In this document: piece after piece, positions 25,275 through 36,919 of the stretch | How the letters are laid out: each line of letters opens with the position of its first letter | Position numbering within the stretch: the stretch's first letter is position 1 | DNA from: Camelus dromedarius | Taxonomy: Eukaryota | Length of the DNA: 64,000 bases | Direction of reading: 5' to 3' | NCBI RefSeq assembly: GCF_036321535.1 | Contig: NC_087444.1 | Location: 78,678,001-78,742,000 of the forward strand | Translations under genes and position numbers: made by a program | The notes under the pieces: generated by a model | Database searches by the model: none | Told to the model about the DNA's origin: nothing | The model's input: only the letters and a program-made list of their open reading frames with translations

Positions 25275-25524
25275 AGGGGCCCGCCAGCATTTTCTGTAAA
25301 GGGCCGGAGGGTGAACATTTTCCGCTTTGCCAGCTACACGCTCTCTGTCGCGACCGCTCAGCTCCGCCACTGCGGCCTGAGGGCCACAGACAATCCATGA
25401 ATGAGTGTGATGGTGTTCGCCAAAAGCTCTTTACCTACGAACGCTGAAATTTGAAAATGTTTATTTTATTTTTGCTTGAGGACCACAGACACTGGACACA
25501 GGGCCACAGACGACCAACCCTTGA
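25275..25524 (+). mobile_element. hAT MITE, MER58B-like
   Basis: caggggccc...ttttctgtaaagggcc...tctctgtcgc...gctgaaatttgaa... resembles recalled MER58 consensus. Confidence 0.7.
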
Positions 25525-27378
25525 CAGAGGGCAAAAGATCCATCCAACAGAATCATTGTCAGGTTGGAATAAATAAGGTATATGCCAGGCATGGACTTTC
25601 ATGTGTGTGGTGTTTTTTTTTGTTTGTTTGTTTGTTTTTGCCCCCAATCCAATGTAAAGCATTCATTGTTCCCCAGATATAATAGGTTACACATAATAAG
25701 GGCTTTATGTGTTGTAATTCAAGCTGCGGGATAACCTTATGAGGTAGATGAGTACCGGGGTCCTCATTTTACACGTATAACCCCTGAGAAAATGAAGGCA
25801 CGGCACGTTAGGCAGCCCACCAGCGAGGGAGTGACACGTGATCGTCACACGGAGGCAGTCGGGCTCCAGAGCCATTTTTGACAGCACTGATGGATCCGGG
25901 GGGCTTTATGCTAAGCCCTGCAGAGAAAGACAGGACTGCATGATCTCACTGAAATGTGGAATCTGAAACTAGCGGACGTGGAAGAAGGACATGCAGATCC
26001 ATCAGCACAGATTTCAACATGGACCTGACATCGATGCGGATGTAGAGAGGGACACAGATAGAAGCGGACAGGAAGAAGTACCGATGTCGGTGTAGGTAAC
26101 GACACACGTACAGACAAAACTTCACTGACCCTTTTGTCCTGAGATGCTGATGGTCTTTGCCCTATTCTATTTTTAATGCCTTTTGTGACTTTGTAAACTG
26201 ATTCACAGTTGGCAAAACACGTCAGCAGGCATCTCGCACAAAGTTGGCATTCAACAAATGACAGCAGTCATCTGCTCACTCGCTCACTCGTTCTGCAGAC
26301 ACGCATAAGAGTGCTCACAGTGCGGTGTGGACGGGTGCAGGCCCTGGGGAGGCGGTTCGGCTGCGGCTAGGCACGCGGTGACAGCCGCACCGGAGAGCAT
26401 TTCTGGGACCAGGCATTGTGCAATCCCTTAGAAGCAGGGTTTATTTGTTTCACCATACACACACACACACACACACCCATTAGGAGGTAGGCACTACTTC
26501 TACGCCCCATTTATAGAAGAGAAAACTGTGGGTCCTCGTGGTCAAACCCTTCACTGAAGCAAGAAAGCAGGGAAGTTTGATCGCAGAGCCACCACCCACC
26601 CAGCCACCATCATCAGTAGCTAGTATTTTCATTTTCTGTAATAAGGCCCTCTAAATGGCTGTTTGTACTTTTAATATTGGAGTGTGGCAGCCAAAGAGGG
26701 AAGAGCACACATCTTAAACACAAGAGATTATTTCAGCTTCCCTAGCAGAACCAGGGTCATGGAGGTGTGGGGAAGAGAGGCCAGGACATGGTGACCCATG
26801 AGGGTGGGAGAATTGGGCTGGGGAGAATTTGAAGGGGCTCGAATGCCAGGGTGAAGAATGTGGGTTTCTTGTGTGAGGGATAGGATCAGGCAGAATCCAG
26901 CCCCTCTGGGACATCCTGGAGGCAGAGGTCAGAAGGGCCATGCAATGGAGAAGCCCAGGAGGGGGGGATACGGAGGGGACCACAGCCTCCAGGGAAGCAG
27001 ACTCCACAGTTCCCACCTCCCCCTGCCTTCACCCGGGGCACACAGGCACAGAGCTGGTGATGAATTCTCTGGGGGTCGAGTCCTCAGAGCTCTCATTCTG
27101 TGGCCAGAGCCAAAGATTGAAATCTCTGGCTCCTGTGATCCCAGTCAGCCCTGGCAGCTTCTGGATCAGGGTAGGGCGTGCTGAGCAGTTGGAGATTTGA
27201 CCTTGGCTCTAGATAGAGCAGAAAGGAGAAGGTGAGTTCTGCAAAGAGGAAGGGGTCCAGGCTGTGAGGGGGAGAGAGGGCTGGGCTCTGCCTGCCAGGG
27301 ATGCTGGGACAGCCCCAGCCCCTCTCCTGACGTTGATGATAAGTTGTAACGGTGCATGGTAGTGTTAGCATTCTTTGG

Positions 27379-27514
27379 TGCTGATGACGATGGCGGTGGT
27401 GATGATAATGATGGTGGTAACACTGGTGGTGAGGATGGTGGTGATGATAGCGAGGTGGTAATGGTGGTGAGCGTGGTGGGGGCTGGAGCAGGGACGACGG
27501 CGGTGGTGATGGGT
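27379..27514. repeat. Degenerate (GGT/GAT)n trinucleotide repeat
   Basis: gatgacgatggcggtggtgatgataatgatggtggt... Confidence 0.85.
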
Positions 27515-28602
27515 TGATGGGCATTGCTAGAGAGTGCTTTATTTTGCCCCAAGGCTTCTACATGATTTCAGTGAATTCTCAAGACAGTCTTATGCGGACA
27601 GACAACTTGGGTTTAAGGTTCCATCTGGTTGACTTTAAAGCCAGCTCCCTGAAATGTTTGGGGGCAACTACCATTTGCCTGGCCTCTCTCCTCCCACCAG
27701 CCCAGAACCATCGGTATTGTCACATCGCCTTTTCAGGTGAGTGAATGGAGGCCTCATCAAGGTTAACCCACTCGCTCAAGGTTGCACAGCTTGTCTGAGC
27801 TCTCTCCTTGGACTGTTCTTACCCCTCATATTTGGTGGGTATGCTAAGCTCTAATTCTGTCCTCTCCTTGCAAGCATTCCACCATTCAGGCTGTTTCTGT
27901 TAAACTTCTGTTTAGGAGAATAACTTCAAGGCTGACTGTTGCTTTCCTGCACGGAGGGGAGTATTCTAGGTGCGTCTGGGCTGCATGGAAGGAGGGGCTG
28001 GGTTAACAGAGGTGGTTGTCATTCTGCATCATGTTCTTGGTCATCCCAGCCATGGCCGCAGTGGGAGTGGGAGGGCTTTAGAGGACATTAACAGCCAGTG
28101 TCTGGAAATCACAGTGCAGGAGGAATTACTCCAGAGAGGGTGTCCTCAAATAGGGAATTCACCTCTATGTGCTGAGGAGCAGGGATTCAGCAGGGATGCA
28201 GGCGGAGAAGGTCCCTGCCCTCAGAGAACATCACCAAGAGGTTTTGTGAGCCTTTCTTACCTTGTGGGCCCAGCTGAACAATTTGAGAGCTGTTTATCAG
28301 ATTTGAATATTCTTACTGTTCCAAGAGACCAGTGGTCAGATTCGTCTGTATGACATAAAACCCCTGAAACATTCTTCAAGTTTCACCAAGATTTTTAATA
28401 ATTTCTCTCTATCTATGTATCTCTGTTTCTCTGTCTGTCTGTCTCTCTGTTTCTGTCATTCTTCCTATAAGAAAGATGAGATCAATACATTATGGCCAGT
28501 AGCTGTTGCTTGCAGGGGAGACCCGCCCCCGCCCCCAGGCAGAGTGTAGACACTGTTCTCATTAAAGCCAGTGACCCACAAGGGCGACCAATGAGAAGAA
28601 AA

Positions 28603-28760
28603 GTGGTTAGAGCACGTTTCAGGCCTTAGTGTGCTCTCAGATCACCCAGACCGCCGTCACGAGACAGATTCCGATTCAGTAGGTCTGGGTGGGGCTGAGG
28701 CTCCGCATTTCCAAGCACGCCCAGTGACGGGACGCTCCCCACCCCTGAGCGCCGCCTGAG
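28603..28760. mobile_element. hAT MITE, MER5A-like
   Basis: gtggttagagc...cagatcaccc...gattccgattcagtaggtctgggtggggctgag...gcatttccaagc. Confidence 0.65.
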
Positions 28761-29559
28761 GAGCCGGGGTCCAGGAAATCCTCTCCAGAGCCCTAGCAAA
28801 ACCTCTCAAATCACCAACAGCCTCTCCTGGCCAAACGCTAAACTGAGGATGATCAGGAAAGCCCTGAATCCAGGCACCAAGAGCATGGGCATCCTGGTTA
28901 GTCATTCTGGCCGAGGTTCAGACATCAGCTGGCATGCTGAGTTGTGCGGAGCTGGAAGTTACTTCACTGTTGGGTCTCCGCACTGCAAGCCGGGCAAGGC
29001 AGTACCTCGTTTGTGGGACGGTCACGAGGATTCCGCTCCCCGGTAACGTGCTTAAACCCACGCCTGGTACGAAATAAGTCCCGTGTGCTTTTCACAGGAA
29101 GGGACGTGGACTGTGCTGAGTGTGGTGGTTGCGACGGGTGTTGGGCAGCGAGCAGAGGTGGGTAGGCTGATCGGCACAATGGTCCAGCACTGTAATAGGA
29201 GGAAGATTCTAAAAAATGTGTAAAGCAGTCAGAAATTTTTGTATTGAAAAGACAATCAAAAGTCCGGTTGCAGCAGGAAGAGGAAGCTCTTTTCCCCGAG
29301 GAGTTACATGAAAGTTAACTGCCCCAGACAGGGATTCGGTAGACAGTTTATACAAACGGATGCACCTTATGAGCTATCACAGGTTTTCCGCCATGTCGGC
29401 GTTTTGTTACTTTTCGGCAGTGTTCTAGAACAGTGTTTCTCAGCCTTCAGTATAGCTCAAACCGAAGGAGGTCCCCGTGTGCATTTCTTCTTAAATAAAA
29501 AGCAGTTTTTATAGTTGTAGTTCTCAAATTTCTCTTGACGATGAGAACTAGGATTTCAG

Positions 29560-30380
29560 TGATGCGGAGTCAGAGAGGTGGGCGGGGCCGGGGGTCTCGG
29601 TAAGGCCTTTGGGTCTCATTCCGCGTCCACTGCGCAGGCAAGGGGGGCCCCGCGCGGGGCACCGTCCGAGCTGCCTTTTGTGACGCTCCCTTGCCGCCCC
29701 GTGTCGCGCGCCCTGTGGGGGACAGAGGCCGGGCAGGCGCACGTCTCCACTGCATGCTTCTCCTGACCGCTTCCCCTCCCCCAGGCTCCGCCGCCCCCGG
29801 GCTCGGGCCCCCCCGCACCCCCGGGCCCATGCCGGCGGCCTGGGCTCCCCCGGGCGCCCCCGCGGCCCCGCCCGCGGCCAACCGGAGCTCGGCCGGCGAC
29901 TTCGCGCTGCTGGGCTTCGCGCACCTGCCCGCGCTGCGCCCGCTGCTCGCCGCGCTCTCCCTGCCCGCGTTCCTGCTCGCGCTGCTGGGCAACGCGCTCA
30001 TCGCGCTGCTGACCGCGCGGGACCCGGCCCTGCGCGCGCCCATGTACTTCTTCCTGCGCCAGTTGGCCCTGCTGGAGCTCTGCTTCTCGCTGGACGTTGT
30101 GCCCCGGCTGCTGGTGACCCTGCTGCGGCCCGGGCTGGGCGTGTCCCCCGCCGGCTGCGCCCTGCAGCTGCTCCTGGTGCTGTCGTGCGTCACGTCCGAG
30201 TGCTTCCTCCTGACCGCCATGGCCTGGGACCGCTACGTGGCCATCTGCAGGCCCCTGCGCTACGGCGCCATCATGAGCCCCCGCCTCTGCCACCTGCTGG
30301 CCGCCGCGTGCTGGCTGGCCGGAGTCCCCGTGTCGCTGGTCTTCACCGCCTGGCTCTTCCGCTTCCCTTTCTGCGGGCCA
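29560..30380. promoter_or_regulatory. CpG island over the upstream intron end and 5' half of the OR
   Basis: 29821-29880 is 55/60 GC by count; falls to 33/60 at 30481-30540. Confidence 0.85.
29762..29784 (+). promoter_or_regulatory. Putative branch point and 3' splice site
   Basis: cctgac cgcttcccctcccccAG|g, 44 nt upstream of ATG 29829. Confidence 0.55.
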
Positions 30381-30821
30381 CGTGGCATCCGCCACTTCTT
30401 CTGTGACATCGCTCCTCTGCTGAGCCTGGTGTGTGCGGACACCAGGCTCTTCGAAGCCAACGTGTTGGCGGCCACAGTGCTGGTCATCATGGTTCCCTTC
30501 TGTCTGATAGCCACGTCCTACGTCGGGATCTTGGCCACTGTGCTACGGATGCCGTCCGCCAGGGGGCGCCACAAGGCCCTGTCCACGTGTGCCTCCCACC
30601 TCGTTGTGGTGGTTCTGTTTTACGGCACAACAGGGGTCATCCACCTGCGACCCAAGGCCAGCTACTCGCCGGAGAGCAAGCAGGTGGTGTCCCTGTCCTA
30701 CACCCTGGTGACCCCCATGCTCAACCCCCTCATCTACAGCCTTCGGAACAAGGAGGTGAAGGCTGCCCTGGGGCGTCTGTTTGTCCAAAGAAGAGGGACC
30801 CACATTCCATCCCCTTTCTGA
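29829..30821 (+). CDS. Olfactory receptor, class II, OR10-family-like, 330 aa
   Basis: NRS glycosylation site, GN, PMYFFL, SECFLL.AMAWDRYVAICRPLRY, HFFCD, KALSTCASH, PMLNPLIYSLRNKEVK; start at 29829 chosen from the acceptor position. Confidence 0.93.
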   Translation: MPAAWAPPGAPAAPPAANRSSAGDFALLGFAHLPALRPLLAALSLPAFLLALLGNALIALLTARDPALRAPMYFFLRQLALLELCFSLDVVPRLLVTLLRPGLGVSPAGCALQLLLVLSCVTSECFLLTAMAWDRYVAICRPLRYGAIMSPRLCHLLAAACWLAGVPVSLVFTAWLFRFPFCGPRGIRHFFCDIAPLLSLVCADTRLFEANVLAATVLVIMVPFCLIATSYVGILATVLRMPSARGRHKALSTCASHLVVVVLFYGTTGVIHLRPKASYSPESKQVVSLSYTLVTPMLNPLIYSLRNKEVKAALGRLFVQRRGTHIPSPF

Positions 30822-31084
30822 TTCCAGAAACATTCATCCGGCTGTTTGCTGGACATCCCTACCCAGCGTGCTCTTTGGGTTCCTCAGTGTGCATCAAACT
30901 GAATTCTGTCTGTCTCTTACCTTATGATTCCCTGCTTTGACAATGGCGCCAGCATCTCCCTAATGGCTTGTTTCATGCAGACATCATTCAGGCACTCTGC
31001 TGAGGTGGGTACGGTTCTGTTCCTGGAGCACCAGCTGTATCTGTGTTTAAAAGCACAATACTAGCACAGTTTCCATGGAAGAGG

Positions 31085-31220
31085 TGTTGCTGGACTTGGC
31101 AAGTAAAAACACAGGACCCCCAGTTAATTTGAATTTCTGCTAAACAATAAATAATTTTTGAGTGTAAGTGTGTCCTGTGCAATATTTTTTGCGATTATGT
31201 TTTGGTGTAAGTATGTCCTT
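31085..31220. mobile_element. hAT MITE, MER53-like half
   Basis: gttgctggacttggcaagtaaaaacacaggacccccagttaatttgaatttc...tttttgagtgtaagtgtgtcc. Confidence 0.65.
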
Positions 31221-31224
31221 TCTC

Positions 31225-31800
31225 ATGGCTGAATGGTACTTTCTTTATCCATGTATTCACTGATGGGCATTCGGGTTGTTTTCACATCTTGGTTATTGTG
31301 AATAATGCTGCAGTAAATGTGGGAGTGCAGGTGTCTCTGCAAGATCCTGTTCTTGTTTCCTTTGGGTATAATGANNNNNNNNNNNNNNNNNNNNNNNNNN
31401 NNNNNNNNNNNNNNNNNNNNNNNNNNNNNNNNNNNNNNNNNNNNNNNNNNNNNNNNNNNNNNNNNNNNNNNNNNNNNNNNNNNNNNNNNNNNNNNNNNNN
31501 NNNNNNNNNNNNNNNNNNNNNNNNNNNNNNNNNNNNNNNNNNNNNNNNNNNNTCATTTTCCCTCCTTGATGGAGGCACTGTGGATTGAACCCAGGACCTC
31601 GTGCATGCCAAGCACTCGCTCTACCACTGAGCTATACCCCTCACCCCTCTCCCTTGTCTTTTTGATGATAGCCATTCCAACAGTGATATCTCATTGTGGT
31701 TTTGATTTGCATGTCCCCGTTGATCAGCAATGCCAGGCACTGTTTCAGATACCTGTTGGTCATTTGTATATTTTCTTTGGAAAAATGTCTATTCAGTTAC
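31225..31800 (-). mobile_element. Older L1 fragment containing an N run and a SINE
   Basis: catggctgaatggtac...ttgtgaataatgctgcagtaaatgtgggagtgcagg...ttgtggttttgatttgcatgtccc. Confidence 0.7.
31553..31647 (-). mobile_element. tRNA-derived SINE (Vic-1-like)
   Basis: reverse complement ggggtatagctcagtggtagagcgagtgcttggcatgcacgaggtcctgggttcaatcc. Confidence 0.85.
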
Positions 31801-32530
31801 AGTTTTAGTTGTATCTGTGTGATGATTAGGTTAATGCCTGTTGTTTCCCACTAAACTCTAAGTGGACCCCAGCTAATTCTGCTTATGACCTTATTCTCAG
31901 CAGCTGGCACCATTTCTGGTACATAGCAGTCACTCAATAAATGTTTACCAAAGAATGAATAAAAAGTGAGTGAGTATTCAGATCTGCTTCTCAGGACTTT
32001 CCCTGGGGTCTCCTTCCCGGGGGGTCAAAAGGGCAGCAAGCACTAGCGTGACACCCTAAGGCAGCGGGGCAGAGACACCTGCAGTGATGTGTGCCCATCA
32101 CCCTCTTCCCCTTCCTCTGGCCAGTCGTGCCTCCAGCCTTTGGGGCAAGGAGAGCTGGTGCTCCTCGCTCTGGCTGCTTCAGTTGGCTGTGACCTTTTCC
32201 TGGAGCCATTACTGTATTTTATCTCCATGAGCAATTTTTGTTTCTGAGATTAGCACAGGACTCAAGTCAGTCCAGTCAGACTAAGTCTCAAGATTTGTGC
32301 TGGTCCTCTTGAGGGGAGGCTCTTTTCTGATGAATCTGAGACTGGTGGGAGGTAGATCTGGACCTGCCCAGAGGCACCTAGGAGGGTCATATCATGAATA
32401 AAACCCATATAGAGGCAAGAAGCTTCATCGGATGGGGAAAGACACTGGATCCTGACGCCCTTGTTGCAGTATCTGGGTTTCTCTGCGTCATGTTACTCTG
32501 GGTATTCAGTTCATGGGTCAATACATTCCA

Positions 32531-34118
32531 TTTTTATTTTTTTTTTAACATTTTTATTGATTTATAATCATTTTACAATGTTGTGTCAAATTCCAGTGTA
32601 GAGCACAATTTTTCAGTTATACATGAACATATATATAATTCATTGTCACATTTTTTTCTCTGTGAGCTACCATACAATCTTGTATATATTTCCCTGTGCT
32701 ATACAGTATAATCTTGTTTATCTACTCTACATTTTGAAATCCCGGTCTGTCCCTTCCCACCCCCCGCCCCCTTGGCAACCACAAGTTTGTATTCTATGTC
32801 TATGAGTCTGTTTCTGTTCTGTATTTATGTTTTTTTTTTCAGATTCCACATATGAGCGATCTTATATGGTATTTTTCTTTCTCTTTCTGGCTTACTTCAC
32901 TTAGAATGACATTCTCCAGGAGCATCCATGTTGCTGCAAATNNNNNNNNNNNNNNNNNNNNNNNNNNNNNNNNNNNNNNNNNNNNNNNNNNNNNNNNNNN
33001 NNNNNNNNNNNNNNNNNNNNNNNNNNNNNNNNNNNNNNNNNNNNNNNNNNNNNNNNNNNNNNNNNNNNNNNNNNNNNNNNNNNNNNNNNNNNNNNNATTT
33101 TGAAGTAGGGTTCCTTCTGGATATATGCCCAGGAGCAGGATTCCTGGGTCATATGGTAGGTCTATTCCTAGTATTTTGAGGAATCTCCATACTGTTTTCC
33201 ATAGTGGCTGCACCAAACTGCATTCCCACCAGCAGTGTAGGAGGGTTCCCTTTTCTTCACAGCCTCTTCAGCATTTGTCATNNNNNNNNNNNNNNNNNNN
33301 NNNNNNNNNNNNNNNNNNNNNNNNNNNNNNNNNNNNNNNNNNNNNNNNNNNNNNNNNNNNNNNNNNNNNNNNNNNNNNNNNNNNNNNNNNNNNNNNNNNN
33401 NNNNNNNNNNNNNTTCCTTGGAGAATTGCTTGTTTAGGTCTTTTGCCCATTTTTGGATTGGGTTGTTTGTTTTTTTCTTATTATGTCATATGAGCTGCTT
33501 ATATATTCTGGAGATCAAGCCTTTGTCCGTTTCATTTGCAAAAATGTTCTCCCATTCCGTAGGTTGTCTTTTTGTTTTACTTATGGTTTCCTTTGCTGTG
33601 CAGAAGCTTGTAAGTTTCACTAGGTCCCATTTGTTTATTCTTGCTTTTATTTCTATTGCTTGGGTAGACTGTTCCAGGAGAACATTTTTGAGATGTATGT
33701 CAGATAATGTTTTGCCTATGTTTTCCTCTAGGAGGTTTATTGTATCTTGTCTTACGTTTAAGTCTTTAATCCATTTTGAGTTGATTTTTGTATATGGTGT
33801 AAGGGAGTGTTCTAGCTTCATTGCTTTACATGCTGCTGTCCAGTTTTCCCAACACCATTTGCTGAAGAGACTGTCTTTATTCCATTGTATATTCTTGCCT
33901 CCTTTGTCAAAGATGAGTTGACCAAAAGTTTGTGGGTTCATTTCTGGGCTCTCTATTCTGTTCCATTGGTCTATATGTCTGTTTTTGTACCAATACCATG
34001 CTGTCTTGATTACTCTATAGTATTTTCTGAAGGCTGGGAGAGTTATTCCTCCAGCCTCTTTCTTTTTCTTCAGTAATGCTTTGGCAATTCTAGGTCTTTG
34101 ATGGTTCCATATAAATTT
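32531..34118 (-). mobile_element. 5'-truncated young L1 (~1.6 kb) with ORF2 C-terminal remnant
   Basis: ORF 33486..34202 contains [12 protein letters not shown]...GGITLP...[19 protein letters not shown]...KWCWENW...[16 protein letters not shown]; no endonuclease or RT domain present. Confidence 0.92.
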
Positions 34119-34119
34119 T

Positions 34120-34405
34120 ATAAATTGAAGTATAGTTGGTTTACAATGTTGTGTTAATTTCTGATGTACAGCATAGTGATTCAGATATATATATATATAC
34201 ACACATACACATATATATATTCCTTTTCATATTCTCTTTCATTATAGGCTATTACAAGGTATTGAATATAGTTCCCTGCGCTATACAGCAGGACCTTATT
34301 GTTTATCTATTTTATGTATAGTAGTTAGTTTCTGCCAACCCCGAACTCCCAATTTATCCCTCTACCCTCCCCTTTCCCTGCTGGTAACCATAAGTTTGTT
34401 TTCTA
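34120..34405 (-). mobile_element. L1 3' end
   Basis: aaattgaagtatagttggtttacaatg...ggtaaccataagtttgttttct. Confidence 0.75.
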
Positions 34406-34677
34406 ATTTCATTTCATTTTTAATCTTAATTTTGAGTTTGATTTCTTTTTTTTGCTTGTAACCTAAAGGGGTCTTCCAAGATGTCAAATAGGCCATCAGA
34501 ATCCTGAATTCAGTCCATGCTTGACTCATCTTCCTCCTGCCTCTTATAATAGCCCCAACTCCTGGCCCTTTCTCAGCTGGATACAGCTGGACTTTGGAGT
34601 TGGTGTGTCCCATGATCTAAAGACATCCAACTAGCCCTAGGCAGCATTGAACAAAATGGGGTTGGTATCACAATTGG

Positions 34678-35170
34678 AAATGGGGTCTTAGAGAGATATT
34701 TGTACACCCATGTTCACAGCAGTGTTATTTACTATTGCTCTAAGGTGGAAGCAAGTGTTCATTGACAGATGAATGAATAAACCAAATGTCTGTCCATGCA
34801 ATGGAATATTAGATGGTCTTAAAAAGGAAGAAAATTCTGACACATGCCACAACATGGATGAACCTTGAGGACATTATGCTAAGTGAAATAAGCTAATCAC
34901 AGAAAAAAGCACTGTATGATTCCACTAATATGAGTTAGATTAAAAGAGACAGAAAGTATAATGGTGATTTCCATGGGCTGGAAGGATGGGGGTTAAGTGT
35001 TTAGTAGATACAGAATTTCACTTTTGCAAGATGAAAAGAGTTCTGGAGATGGATAGTGGTGATGGTTGAAAAACAGTATGAATGTACTTGATGTCACTCA
35101 ACTGTACACTTATAAACATGGCTAAAATGGTGAATTTCATGTTATGCATAGTTTACCAATTAAAAAATCC
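34678..35170 (+). mobile_element. Ancient L1 (L1MB-like) 3' region
   Basis: tgtacacccatgttcacagcag...catggatgaaccttgaggacattatgctaagtgaaataag...ggagatggatagtggtgatggttg. Confidence 0.75.
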
Positions 35171-35485
35171 ATAAAGAAAAGAAAAGGGATGGTTGGAGTC
35201 AGTGATAAAGGAGGCTAGTGGTAGCTCTTCTGAATAATTCAGCCTCAAAGGGTGACTCACATTTCTCTAGTAGAAAAGAAATAGGGGAAGGCAGTCCAGG
35301 AAGATTGATCTGAATAAGCCAAGACACAGAAGTATGAAAGGAAACTAGGTGTTCCAGGCATGGGGAGAAGCCTAAGACAGTGGCGAATTGCAGCTTGGAT
35401 ACATAGAATGTAGGCCCTGAAATATTATACTAAGAAATTTTAAATTCATGCAGAAGACAAAGGGGAGAGTGCTTAAAAATATCTT

Positions 35486-36053
35486 NNNNNNNNNNNNNNN
35501 NNNNNNNNNNNNNNNNNNNNNNNNNNNNNNNNNNNNNNNNNNNNNNNNNNNNNNNNNNNNNNNNNNNNNNNNNNNNNNNNNNNNNNNNNNNNNNNNNNNN
35601 NNNNNNNNNNNNNNNNNNNNNNNNNNNNNNNNNNNNNNNNNNNNNNNNNNNNNNNNNNNNNNNNNNNTACTAAGTGAAGTAAATCAGAAAGAGAAAGAAA
35701 AATACCATATGATATCACTTATATGTGAAATCTAAAAAAAAATGACACAAATGAACTTACTTACAGAACAGAGGTAGACTCACAGACATAGAAGACAAAC
35801 TTGTGGTTACCGGGGGGAAAGGCAGGGTGGAGGGATAAACTGGAAATTTGGGATTCATAGATACTAAATACTACATATAAAATAGATTAACGAAACGAGG
35901 TCCTACTGTATTGCATGGGGAATTATATTCAATATCTTGTGATCGTCTATAATGAAAAAGACTATGAAAAGGAATATGTATGTATAACTGAATCACTATG
36001 CTGTACACCAGAAGTTAACTCAACATTGTAAACTGACTGTATTTCAATAAAAA
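35486..36053 (+). mobile_element. L1 3' end (5' part N-masked)
   Basis: tactaagtgaagtaaatcagaaagagaaag...cattgtaaactgactgtatttcaataaaaaa. Confidence 0.85.
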
Positions 36054-36919
36054 ACAAAGCATGAGAGAGACAAAAAATAAATCTTTCATGTGACCTAGTG
36101 TATGTCTGTTCTACATACTTAGTGTCCCTTAACTTGTGCTGAGTGAAGGTAATCTTGGCAGTCTTTCTCAACCTTCAATTCGGCTACCACATTCTCCTGA
36201 AAGCCTCTTGCGAGTCCTCACAACTAGACTAGCCCCCTTCCTCTCTGCTTCCCCAGCTTCTGGTCCTCTTCTAGTTGCACGTCCACCTTGACTGCAGACC
36301 TTGGACAGAAGTGTAGTCTGACTGGTTTTTGTGTTCCCAGCATACAGAACACGTTCTGGCACACAGCAGGGTACCAATGCATGCTTAGTGATACGGCTTA
36401 AAGATTGATTCTAAATTAGGGATGTCTTTGCCTTTTTCCCTTAGGCCAGTTGAAATTTAGGGAAAAAACTTTCCCAGTTGTTCTTTAATTCCACAGAGAT
36501 TAGGGGAGGGAGGCCTCAGAGATCCTTAGCTTTGGTTAAGCTGTTTTTTCCACTTGTTGGCAGAGAGGACAGAGGCAACTTGGCAGCGCCCAGACAACAG
36601 CCAGTTCAGAGTATGTGGTGGGTAAACATGTGAGGTGGGTCTGGTGGGAACTCCAGCTCAGGACCAAGGTTGGCATGAATTCAAGAGACATCCTTATCTT
36701 CTGACTACTGAACCCTCTGGCCCCACTCCTAAAAATTCTATCCCTGAGTGGATGCTCAGGCCATTTGGTCACTGACCAGAGACACTAAGGAAGGAAGAAG
36801 ACCATATCTATTCTGATAGACCCATCTTACGTGAACTATTCAGGTAAGGAGGCTGTGTAGCTCATCTGTTGGGGGAAAGAGAAGGGAATATCAAGATAAG
36901 AAGAAAGGAAATGACACTT

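Noticed and set aside
24144-25370. 408-aa antisense ORF and 322-aa alternate-frame ORF over the GC-rich OR
   Set aside because: Stop codons are AT-rich and rare at this GC level. The products are low-complexity Arg/Gly/Ala with no motifs.
27093-27524. Poly-His/Pro ORF
   Set aside because: Translation of a (GGT/GAT)n simple repeat.
29570-30940. Overlapping 216-, 259- and 169-aa ORFs around the OR10-like gene
   Set aside because: Shadow frames of a GC-rich CDS.
33486-34202. 238-aa ORF as a host gene or active L1 ORF2
   Set aside because: C-terminal ORF2 remnant of a 5'-truncated L1, fused by chance to another L1's 3'UTR; no RT or endonuclease.
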